A stretch of DNA of 64,000 nt, taken from the NCBI GenBank assembly GCA_947085655.1, contig CAMTXH010000009.1, positions 3,738 through 67,737 of the forward strand. Reading direction: 5' to 3'. The DNA comes from an uncultured Omnitrophica bacterium. GTDB lineage: Bacteria; Omnitrophota; Gorgyraeia; JACQQV01. Positions 56,620-64,000 of this stretch are shown here, one piece after another. Each line of letters opens with the position of its first letter. The stretch's first letter is position 1. Under the pieces are notes generated by a model that did not search any database, was not told the origin of the DNA, and saw only the letters and a list, made by a program, of their open reading frames with translations. The position numbers and the translations under genes were made by a program.

Positions 56620-58240
56620 AGAAAGGGTGAAGAAGGCGAAAGAGCCAGACGCCCCTTTTTCGGTTGAGGCGATATCGGAAAAGGAGCCATTCGCGACTCG
56701 GGAAGAGGATTTTCCAGAGGACGCGGAGATGATCCAGGGGATGGTCCAGTGGGGGCCAAGCCCGAAACATGAAAGAGGGCCGTTTGAGCGGGAGGGACGG
56801 GAGGGGAGTGTGGAAACGCGCTTCCGTTTCCCGGAGGATCTCACAGACGACCCGCAACACACCCCACGATCTGGCGGTCCGGAAGAGGGACTCCCAGGAA
56901 AGGGTGTTTCCGAATGTGAAAATCATCCGGTCAATGTCCGCAAACCACCGGTCTCCCTCAAACCGGTGGACAAATCCCAAGTGGATGCAGAGGGCAATCA
57001 GGTGATGTTCCGGAGAAAGGGCCCGGAAGGACTTGCCGCAAATCGTGTAAAGCGAAGACGACTCCCATAACGCCTCCTCCTCGATCCGAAGAATTCCCTT
57101 CAATCGCTCGAACTGTTCCAGGGACCAGTGAAGCTCCACCGGCGGGTTACCCGGACGGAGAAAAATCCGTTCTCCCCCGAACGCCATTCTTTCCTTGCGG
57201 AATTCAGGGTAAAGCTCTTGGTAGCCGAGCTGGGCAAGAACCGAAGCGGCCGGCTCAATATCTTCCTTCCTTAAATAAAGGTCGATATCCCCCATCGGCC
57301 GAAGAGCCGGGTCAGGGTAAACCTGGTAAGCAAGAGCCATTCCCTTCAGCACAAGAAAGGGAAGCTTCTTTTCCCAAAAGGCCTCCCGGATTTCAAGCAG
57401 CGTCTGTTCAAAGAGCATCTGTCTTGCAACACGGAATTCCAAGTCAGGGAGTCTTTTTTCGTAAACGGTCGCCTTGTGGGGAGAAGCGCGGAAGCCGAAA
57501 GTCCTTAAAAGAGCGCTTCCAGCGCGGTTTGTAAAAGGGATGGAAACAGTCAATCCGACGCTTTCTTCTTCCCGGAGGAGGCGAAGGGCATGGGTGAGGA
57601 GTTTTGTGGCCACGCCGCATCCCCGGTAACGGGCCCTCACGAATAAACGGGTCATCTCCCACTCGCGGGACGCATCCTCTTTGGGATTCATTTCGAGAAA
57701 GCCCACAACCGCTTCGTCAACCCTGGCAAGGAGCCGGACTTTTCGACCCTTTTCAGCAGTTTCGATGGTGGCATCCGGACGGAGAAGAAACCGGTAGATT
57801 TTCCGGAAGGGTGCAAAAGACTGAAGAAGAATGAGAAAAGGACGGCCTTTTGCTTTGAAGCGGTCCCAGAGTTTTCTTTTCAAAAAAAGGAAACTCTTTT
57901 GCCGGAGGGTGAGTTTCGGAGGTGTTTTTTCCGGTATCCAGGACCGGCCTTTCCGTTCAATCCGGACAATTTTTCCGATGACCTGAGAGAGGGGAGTGGG
58001 AGGATCTTCTTGAAGGATGGCATCCCCTTTCGTCCGGATCCAGACCGCCCCGTCCCTTTCCTCAAGGGCGATCAGCCGGTGACAGGCGGCATCATCCTTC
58101 TGGTAAAAAGCGATTAACTCACCGCAGGAGAGTGTTTCTCCGGTTTCCGGATCGACCGTCACACGGTCTCCGCTCCGGAGGACAGGGTACATACTAAACC
58201 CTTTAATGGCGAGAGAAATCTCCTTGCCCATTGACTCCAT
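56438..58240 (-). CDS. S24/S26 peptidase, GNAT and nucleotidyltransferase (NTP_transf_5-like) fusion
   Basis: GFSMYPVL..GD, CHRL, TKGD (S26); LFVRARYRGCGVA (GNAT); LVLKG...YPDPALRPMGDIDL, VELHW (nucleotidyltransferase). Start uncertain (58231-58267). Confidence 0.8.
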   Translation of the reverse strand: MESMGKEISLAIKGFSMYPVLRSGDRVTVDPETGETLSCGELIAFYQKDDAACHRLIALEERDGAVWIRTKGDAILQEDPPTPLSQVIGKIVRIERKGRSWIPEKTPPKLTLRQKSFLFLKRKLWDRFKAKGRPFLILLQSFAPFRKIYRFLLRPDATIETAEKGRKVRLLARVDEAVVGFLEMNPKEDASREWEMTRLFVRARYRGCGVATKLLTHALRLLREEESVGLTVSIPFTNRAGSALLRTFGFRASPHKATVYEKRLPDLEFRVARQMLFEQTLLEIREAFWEKKLPFLVLKGMALAYQVYPDPALRPMGDIDLYLRKEDIEPAASVLAQLGYQELYPEFRKERMAFGGERIFLRPGNPPVELHWSLEQFERLKGILRIEEEALWESSSLYTICGKSFRALSPEHHLIALCIHLGFVHRFEGDRWFADIDRMIFTFGNTLSWESLFRTARSWGVLRVVCEILRETEARFHTPLPSLPLKRPSFMFRAWPPLDHPLDHLRVLWKILFPSREWLLFRYRLNRKRGVWLFRLLHPFFMLTGRIGGRHPVLASELFSPSETMSPAVSHTGASLSLLQEGPLQGSVSPSHNWKVPQVR

Positions 58241-58273
58241 CCTATCGCGGCCTTCCGTTTGGGGCAAGGGAAA

Positions 58274-58528
58274 TCAGTAGCGCTCGGTCCGGGACCTTTT
58301 GGATTTTTTCTCCTTGTCTGTATCCCCTTGTCGGTCTTTGACGACTTGGGTCTTTTTGTCATCCTTGAAAGCATTGGATCCCTTGAGCGCGCACGTTGTC
58401 AGCGTGACGGTCTTAGATCGTTTCAGCGCTTTTAGCTTCTTACTGGATCCTGCCCATCCCTTTTCAGGAGCGATGAGAAGACCTAGAAGGAAAAGACAAG
58501 AAAGAAAAACGGTTAAACGAGACTTCAT
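58274..58528 (-). CDS. Small basic secreted protein
   Basis: Signal peptide (KGWA), Lys/Arg-rich mature part, in operon context. Confidence 0.55.
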   Translation of the reverse strand: MKSRLTVFLSCLFLLGLLIAPEKGWAGSSKKLKALKRSKTVTLTTCALKGSNAFKDDKKTQVVKDRQGDTDKEKKSKRSRTERY

Positions 58529-58546
58529 CCCTAGACCCCCCGATGG

Positions 58547-58801
58547 TTATTGTTCCAAAACCTCAGACTGACTCCCCTCTGTGGCCGCCTCGGTCAGCTT
58601 CGGTGTTTTGAAGTGGGATGGCGGCAGCACGATGCGGGAAGCATTTTCCACTCGACCGAGCAGGCGAATCCGCTCCGCCTGCAACTCACTTTCCGGACGA
58701 GAAGAAGGGAGCATGGTGCTCCTCTCCAAAAGAGCCGACATGCCCGCAAGCATTACAATCAGTCCAAGAGTAATTAAAAACCAAAGTCCTTTTGATTTCA
58801 T
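58547..58801 (-). CDS. Small membrane-anchored protein
   Basis: N-terminal TM segment; start overlaps the upstream stop. Confidence 0.55.
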   Translation of the reverse strand: MKSKGLWFLITLGLIVMLAGMSALLERSTMLPSSRPESELQAERIRLLGRVENASRIVLPPSHFKTPKLTEAATEGSQSEVLEQ

Positions 58802-60570
58802 CTTGTCGTCGCTACTGGTCCAATGGGTTCTAATCTTGAATCATTTTCAAGGATTTGGTCCAGATTGCTCCCTTTGATTTGATCCCATGCCGGGAGGTTA
58901 TTGACGCCGTTATTGGTCGACGTGAATGATGTAATCGTCGGGAAGTAAGGAGGAGACTGTCCTTCGAGCATCCGCCTGTCATGAATGAAATTCCTTCCGT
59001 AGCCGCTCACCTGGCCGTCCGAATTAAAAGTACCGAAGGCCCCGTACCGCTGCGTAATCACACCGCCCAAGATATTGGCGGTTCCCCGGGGGCTCCCCCT
59101 GTTATAATCGTCCACGGTGAAGACCCCTTCCGGCGCCATCACCGTTGCGTGGACATGAATATCATCCGGCGCCTCTCTCCGGATCCGGACATTCCCCCGC
59201 CAGGAGAGCATCCCGAGGATATTGTTCGCCCCTGCCGCATTCAACCGGGGGGTTGTGGAATAATTTTCGTAGCGCACATGATCGCGGATCTGGAGGTCGT
59301 TGGTGCTCGCAACCGTGACCTGGGTTCTGTCCGCTACGGTTCCTTGTAAATTCTGGATTTCTCCGTCCACATACAGAATGCCTCTCGGCGTGCCGGTATA
59401 AGTCGTGGCGCTGTTCCCATTGTCAACCTGGGTGGTATCGGTATCGCGGTTCACCGTGATTTCGGTGGTCCTCGTTCCCTGTCGGATACTGTATCTTTGA
59501 TGGCCGCCCACCACCGAAAGCGAAATATTTCTTGCATCTCCCTGGACGTAAATCCCTCCCTTCAGGACGCCGTCCTGCTGGGGAAGGTAGACACCGCTTG
59601 TAAGAGCAGGGATGACTGCCAGATCCGAAAGGCCCAGGGCGGCACGCTGCTGGGTTTGCTGGTCCACGGTGCTCGGAAGGGGAATCTCGGCCGATCCGCG
59701 GGAGAAACCGGCGTTAAAGGTCGGGACGTCCAAATCGGCGTTTCTGTCGGCATCCAGGTAAGCGTAGGAGCCGCCGCGGTTATAGAAGCGGGCCGTCTGT
59801 TCTAGTTGACTGACCTTGTCTGTAAAGGAGCCGCTGGGGTTATTCGCAAAACTGAACCGGTCGTTGGAATGGACCGGTCCGTAAAAGTTGGTCCGGTTGG
59901 TAAACCAGACGATGGAGCCGCTCGGGGCAAGGTGAGTGTCCGTAAAGAGGGCGTACCGGGCAAAGTTATCCCGCCGGACAACAATGTTGAAGGTCCCTGA
60001 CGCCTGGACGTACTGGTCCGTATCGCTCAGATTGGCATTCCCCGCCGAGGAGATTTGAAAACGGTAGGGAAACGTCATGACCTCTGGCGGATCTTCAGCC
60101 GGAACTCCATTTGAGAAAATCTCAATCAATGCGGTGTAGCTTCCAGTTCCTGCATCCGGCCGCTGGATGACAAGCGTAGCCCGCTCCTCGCCGAGGGTCT
60201 CAACAGTGAAGCGGGTATCCGCATTCCCCTGATAGGCGAAGTCGCGCATCAATTCCAACGACCCCCTTGGAGTGAGATAGGCGCGGAGGGTGTTGATATT
60301 GACGACCGCCTGTAAATTGTCACTGATATTTCCGATGGTCCTTTCGCGCAGCTCCGCAAGCGCCGTATTTTTTCCGCCTTCGGCCAGATAAAAGGCCTGG
60401 TTTCTGGCAAGGTCAATCTCGGCAAGCTTTCTTTCGGTCAGGATACGGGTAAAGAGGGCCTGACCGGCGGTGAAAAGGATCGCAAAGGTCATGAAGGAAA
60501 GAATCAGAACCGATCCCCGCTCCCTTTTGCGTGGTTTTCGTTTTTGAAAGTGACTCATTTTCGATTTCAT
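58798..60570 (-). CDS. PilX-like minor pilin with a large C-terminal (DUF4900-like) domain
   Basis: ERGSVLIL, QAFYLAEGG, FARYALFTD, GPVHSND, ILGGVI...GAFG, GYGRNF.HDRR...PPYFP. Confidence 0.75.
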   Translation of the reverse strand: MKSKMSHFQKRKPRKRERGSVLILSFMTFAILFTAGQALFTRILTERKLAEIDLARNQAFYLAEGGKNTALAELRERTIGNISDNLQAVVNINTLRAYLTPRGSLELMRDFAYQGNADTRFTVETLGEERATLVIQRPDAGTGSYTALIEIFSNGVPAEDPPEVMTFPYRFQISSAGNANLSDTDQYVQASGTFNIVVRRDNFARYALFTDTHLAPSGSIVWFTNRTNFYGPVHSNDRFSFANNPSGSFTDKVSQLEQTARFYNRGGSYAYLDADRNADLDVPTFNAGFSRGSAEIPLPSTVDQQTQQRAALGLSDLAVIPALTSGVYLPQQDGVLKGGIYVQGDARNISLSVVGGHQRYSIRQGTRTTEITVNRDTDTTQVDNGNSATTYTGTPRGILYVDGEIQNLQGTVADRTQVTVASTNDLQIRDHVRYENYSTTPRLNAAGANNILGMLSWRGNVRIRREAPDDIHVHATVMAPEGVFTVDDYNRGSPRGTANILGGVITQRYGAFGTFNSDGQVSGYGRNFIHDRRMLEGQSPPYFPTITSFTSTNNGVNNLPAWDQIKGSNLDQILENDSRLEPIGPVATTR

Positions 60571-61112
60571 CAGTTTCTCACCGTAATATTGGTCTGTAGC
60601 ACGTTCTGCGCCTGCCGCGTCGAAAGAGACGTTTTTCGGGCCGTAATGGAGACGGTAATCACATTCGCATTCGAAGGAAGCGTTCCAAAAACGATGCTGT
60701 TGATGTCATTGGCGATGATCCGGGTTTCACCCGTCGTGATATTCAACCGGGTGAGCTGCCCGTTTTCGTTCACACGATAGACGATCCGGTCTCCCCACGT
60801 GATATTGTTTCCGACGATGTTCTGCGGAATTTGAAACCGGATCTCCGTTCCTTCGTTCAGAATCTCGATGGGATCGGGCGGTCCCCCGTCCGCAGGATCT
60901 CTCCAACTGGACCGGCTGACATCATAAGCGATTTGGTTCAACGCCTTCCTGGCATCTTGAAGAGTGGCGATGTTTGCCTCGGTATCCTGCCAGACACTCC
61001 GACCCAACGACAGAAGTCCCATGACCGATCCAATCAAAAGGAGCCCTAGGGTCGAAGTCACCAACATCTCAACCAGTGTCATTCCTCTGATCCGTTTCAG
61101 TCTTCCTCTCAT
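60570..61112 (-). CDS. PilW-like prepilin
   Basis: Class III signal RG-MTLVEML. Confidence 0.85.
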   Translation of the reverse strand: MRGRLKRIRGMTLVEMLVTSTLGLLLIGSVMGLLSLGRSVWQDTEANIATLQDARKALNQIAYDVSRSSWRDPADGGPPDPIEILNEGTEIRFQIPQNIVGNNITWGDRIVYRVNENGQLTRLNITTGETRIIANDINSIVFGTLPSNANVITVSITARKTSLSTRQAQNVLQTNITVRN

Positions 61113-61591
61113 GAACTCTCCTGCGTCAAATAGGTGACAATTTGAACGGCGCCCGTTAGAAGATTGTCCCCATCCAAATCCTCTCCGGTATCGAGGACGC
61201 CGTCTCGGTCCGCATCTTCCCCGAAAAGCCGTCCCCTCTCCAGCCATGAGACATCGATCCGGACACCCACCGCCGCGGCATTCGAAGTGTCAAATGTAAT
61301 CACACCCATTCCGGTCAGCCCGGTGGGGGTGAAGGTGTTTCCCTGAACGCCTCCCGCTCCATAATCAAGGGTTAGGGTTGCATAGTTACTCTCCCGCATC
61401 TCTTCCAGTTTGGCCTGGGCGCTCTGGAGCGCCAGAGTATGCCCAAGACTGTACTGGCTCAAGACAAGGGAGTTGTGATAGACCAAAAGGGCTCCCAAGA
61501 TGGAGATCAACAGGATCCCCGATGCGATGACAAATTCAAGAAGGGTAAAACCGCGCTCTCCCTTTCTGGTTAGATCCTTTTTTGGACCCAT
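61109..61591 (-). CDS. PilV-like prepilin
   Basis: Class III signal RG-FTLLEF; AQAKLEEMR; Asp-rich DADRDGVLDTGEDLDGD loop. Confidence 0.85.
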   Translation of the reverse strand: MGPKKDLTRKGERGFTLLEFVIASGILLISILGALLVYHNSLVLSQYSLGHTLALQSAQAKLEEMRESNYATLTLDYGAGGVQGNTFTPTGLTGMGVITFDTSNAAAVGVRIDVSWLERGRLFGEDADRDGVLDTGEDLDGDNLLTGAVQIVTYLTQESS

Positions 61592-61605
61592 AAATTTGAC
61601 CCAAT

Positions 61606-61646
61606 AAAAAAACTGTTTTACCAGACTGCCTGGTAAAACAGTTTTT
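61606..61646 (-). terminator. Riboswitch expression-platform terminator
   Basis: On the minus strand: AAAAACTGTTTTACCAG-GCAGT-CTGGTAAAACAGTTTTTTT. Confidence 0.8.
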
Positions 61647-61650
61647 CTGA

Positions 61651-61730
61651 TTTCGGCGGTCTGGCGACCCTGTCTTTTACCAGGGTCCATGACTTTGCGT
61701 CCCCGGATTACTCCGGGTTTGCCCCCCTCG
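61651..61730 (-). ncRNA. Cyclic di-GMP-I (GEMM-I) riboswitch
   Basis: Minus strand GGGCAAACCCGGA-GTAA-TCCGGGGACGCAAAGTCATGGACCCTG...CAGGGTCGCCAGACCGCCGAA has the GGCAAA, GNRA, GACGCAAAG and CCGA hallmarks. Confidence 0.88.
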
Positions 61731-61778
61731 AAAACTCTTCGAAGGGCCCTATTTAGGGTTTATCGAATCCACACTTAA

Positions 61779-61787
61779 AGTATACCA
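61779..61787 (-). promoter_or_regulatory. Extended -10 promoter for the pilin operon
   Basis: TG-G-TATACT on the minus strand, about 50 nt upstream of the aptamer. Confidence 0.5.
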
Positions 61788-61903
61788 TAGAAAGGGGAGA
61801 CCTGTCTGAATTCTTTAATTTATAATTAGTTGAAAATAAAAGAGTTATGAAAAATATCATTTTTTCCCTGACCCACCGGGAAATCGGTTAAAATAGAAGG
61901 GAC

Positions 61904-63154
61904 ATGGAGAAAGCCCTTCTCGTCACCTGTAAGATCGGCAAAGGGGGTTGGGAACTCGAGGATACGGCCCAGGAACTCCGGTCCCTGGCCACCTCCACCG
62001 ACGCCCTGGTTTCCGATGAGGTCCTCTGTACCCGCCCCGTACCGACACCCGATTTTTTTATCGGGAAGGGGAAGGTGGAGGAGATTGCAAACCAGTGCCG
62101 GGAAAAAGGGGCGGAGGTGGTGATTTTCGGAAACGATTTAACCGCGACCCAACAGCGGAATCTGGAAGAGCAGTTATCGCGAAAGGTCATCGATCGGACC
62201 CAGTTGATTCTTGATATTTTTGCGAAGCGTGCCAAGTCAACCGAAGGGAAGGTTCAGGTAGAACTGGCCCAACTCCTCTATCTTCTCCCGCGCCTTTCAG
62301 GGAAAGGAACACTCCTTTCCCGGCTCGGAGGCGGAATCGGGACCCGAGGTCCCGGGGAACAAAAACTCGAAGTGGACCGGCGACGGATTCGTCAGCGGAT
62401 CGCGAGACTCAGGGAAGAGCTGGAATCACTCCGGTACCGGCGCACCACCGTCCGGAAAAAACGGTTGGACCTTCCGGTTTCCACCATCGCGATTATCGGC
62501 TACACCAACGTCGGGAAAAGCTCCCTATTTAACCGGCTGACCCAATCCCATGAAATTTCGGAGGAACGTCTTTTCAGCACCCTGGATCCGGTAGCCCGGA
62601 AATGTGTCCTCGCGAATCACCAGCGGGTCATTTTTCTCGATACGGTCGGTTTTCTGCACGATCTGCCGCACCATCTGATTGAAAGTTTTCAGGCGACCCT
62701 GGAGGAGGTGACCGAAGCGGAGATTTTACTTCATCTGTTGGATGTCACTCACCCCCGAGTGAAGGAGCAGGCGGAGGCGGTCTATCAGGTCTTGCATGAC
62801 TTGGGTGTCCGGGATAAACCGGTTCTCACCTGTTTGAATAAAATCGACGGCAGGGTGGCCCCCTATCGGCTGAAACGTCTTCAGAGGGATTATCCCGATA
62901 GCATCCCCCTTTCCGCCCGGACAGGCGAGGGGGTGGAGCTCCTCTTGGAGCGGATTATGAAAACGCTTCAGGGGCATTTGACAAAAATCCTTGTTTTTCT
63001 TCCCCATGACAAAATGGGATATTTGGAACTTATTTATTCACAAGGGATTGTGACGAAGAGAGAAGACAGGGCGGAGGGGGTCTATCTCGAGGCAGAGATT
63101 CCGACCAAGATCCGGGATATGCTTAAGGAAGTCAAGGTGACGATTTCTACTTGA
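61904..63154 (+). CDS. hflX: GTPase HflX
   Basis: IDRTQLILDIF, GGGIGTRGPGE, GYTNVGKS, LFSTLD, DTVGF, NKID. Confidence 0.97.
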   Translation: MEKALLVTCKIGKGGWELEDTAQELRSLATSTDALVSDEVLCTRPVPTPDFFIGKGKVEEIANQCREKGAEVVIFGNDLTATQQRNLEEQLSRKVIDRTQLILDIFAKRAKSTEGKVQVELAQLLYLLPRLSGKGTLLSRLGGGIGTRGPGEQKLEVDRRRIRQRIARLREELESLRYRRTTVRKKRLDLPVSTIAIIGYTNVGKSSLFNRLTQSHEISEERLFSTLDPVARKCVLANHQRVIFLDTVGFLHDLPHHLIESFQATLEEVTEAEILLHLLDVTHPRVKEQAEAVYQVLHDLGVRDKPVLTCLNKIDGRVAPYRLKRLQRDYPDSIPLSARTGEGVELLLERIMKTLQGHLTKILVFLPHDKMGYLELIYSQGIVTKREDRAEGVYLEAEIPTKIRDMLKEVKVTIST

Positions 63155-63179
63155 CAAAGGAGCACTTCCCCGTTACACT
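63151..63179 (+). promoter_or_regulatory. Sigma-70 promoter of hrcA
   Basis: TTGACA-17 bp-TACACT. Confidence 0.8.
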
Positions 63180-63185
63180 TAAGTT

Positions 63186-63212
63186 TTAGCACTCTATTCA
63201 TACGAGTGCTAA
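63186..63212 (+). promoter_or_regulatory. CIRCE element (HrcA operator)
   Basis: Perfect TTAGCACTC-N9-GAGTGCTAA. Confidence 0.97.
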
Positions 63213-63238
63213 AAATGAAGGAGTTGTTGGAGGAAGAA

Positions 63239-64000
63239 ATGCATTCCCATTCCGATGATTATGAAATAAGGCGGAGACAGGTTCTTTTGACCGTCATCGA
63301 GACATTCATCGAGACCGCCCTTCCGGTTGGGTCAAGGGCGGTCACCCAAATGACCGGCTTGAGACTCAGTCCGGCCACGATCCGGAATGTCATGGCGGAG
63401 CTGGAGCAGGAAGGGTATCTGACCCACCCACACACCTCTGCCGGTCGGATTCCGACGGCAAAAGGGTACCGGTTTTATGTGGATGAACTGGTCACCTCCG
63501 AACGCTTGACCGAGTTACAAGAACAGCAAATCGAAGAGGCCTTCCGGCAGAGTGAGATGGTGGAGAAGGCATTGGGACGGGTAGCCAGGGTTCTTGGGGA
63601 GATCACACGACAGGTCGGCGTGGTCCTCTGCCCTCAAACGGGAAGGAGTCTTTTAAAGCGGATTGAACTGATCCCGATGAGAGGAAAAGAGGTCCTGGTG
63701 GTTTTGGTGACCGACGCCGGTGCGGTTGAAAATGCGATTGTGCTGTTGGAAGAAGAGGCGGGGAAAGGAGAACTGGCCCGAATCGCCCATTTTTTGAACA
63801 CGGAACTGATTGATCAGAGTCTTTCGGAGATTCATGAAAACCTTTATCGCCGACTCCTCGACGAAAGAAGCTCGTTCTTCTATGTTTGCAAGCGGGCGAG
63901 GGAAATTCTTGAAAAAAGCGCACTGATGGCGGATGAGGGGGAGCTTCTCCTGGACGGGACCCGGAACATCCTGGAGCATCCGGAATTTCAGCGCTTTGAC
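63239..64000 (+). CDS. hrcA: Heat-inducible transcription repressor HrcA (runs off the window)
   Basis: Translated by hand: PVGSR...LSPATIRNVMAELEQEGYLTHPHTSAGRIPTAKGYRFYVD. Confidence 0.95.
   Translation, partial: MHSHSDDYEIRRRQVLLTVIETFIETALPVGSRAVTQMTGLRLSPATIRNVMAELEQEGYLTHPHTSAGRIPTAKGYRFYVDELVTSERLTELQEQQIEEAFRQSEMVEKALGRVARVLGEITRQVGVVLCPQTGRSLLKRIELIPMRGKEVLVVLVTDAGAVENAIVLLEEEAGKGELARIAHFLNTELIDQSLSEIHENLYRRLLDERSSFFYVCKRAREILEKSALMADEGELLLDGTRNILEHPEFQRFD

Noticed and set aside
56627-57070. 147-aa plus-strand ORF after miaA as a possible hfq substitute
   Set aside because: No Sm-fold motif, and it is antisense to the nucleotidyltransferase domain.
63603-63979. Minus-strand ORFs at the window end
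   Set aside because: They are antisense to hrcA, which the ORF track missed because it runs off the window.
1-64000. tRNA, rRNA, transposase, integrase or prophage genes
   Set aside because: None recognised by eye; a covariance or HMM scan would be needed to exclude them fully.

Overview
Bacterial genomic window, GC-rich in coding regions with AT-rich intergenic control regions; gene content suggests an uncultured PVC-type lineage such as Omnitrophota (inference only). Bases 1-4.1 kb hold two chimeric enzyme genes: an isocitrate-lyase-like domain plus an unknown domain, and a signal-peptide-like/ALRP leader plus Nudix plus proline dehydrogenase plus unknown domain. Both have a recurring RDG[GA] motif at domain borders. 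Bases 6-53 kb form a PEP-CTERM/exosortase exopolysaccharide locus: export, chain-length, kinase and flippase genes, many glycosyltransferases, a tailoring block (ATP-grasp-deacetylase, two Cys-less AsnB-like proteins, two GNATs, a degenerate HD protein and an oxygenase-like protein), exosortase, EpsI, PEP-CTERM proteins, and a kinase with a sigma-54 activator. Two sigma-54 promoters carry shared upstream 10-bp phased repeats. The priming phosphoglycosyltransferase carries an internal PEP-CTERM signal N-terminal to its catalytic domain. The end of the window has miaB-MFS-miaA, a minus-strand minor-pilin operon under a c-di-GMP-I riboswitch, hflX, and a CIRCE element ahead of hrcA. All family assignments come from motif recognition by eye; no searches were run.
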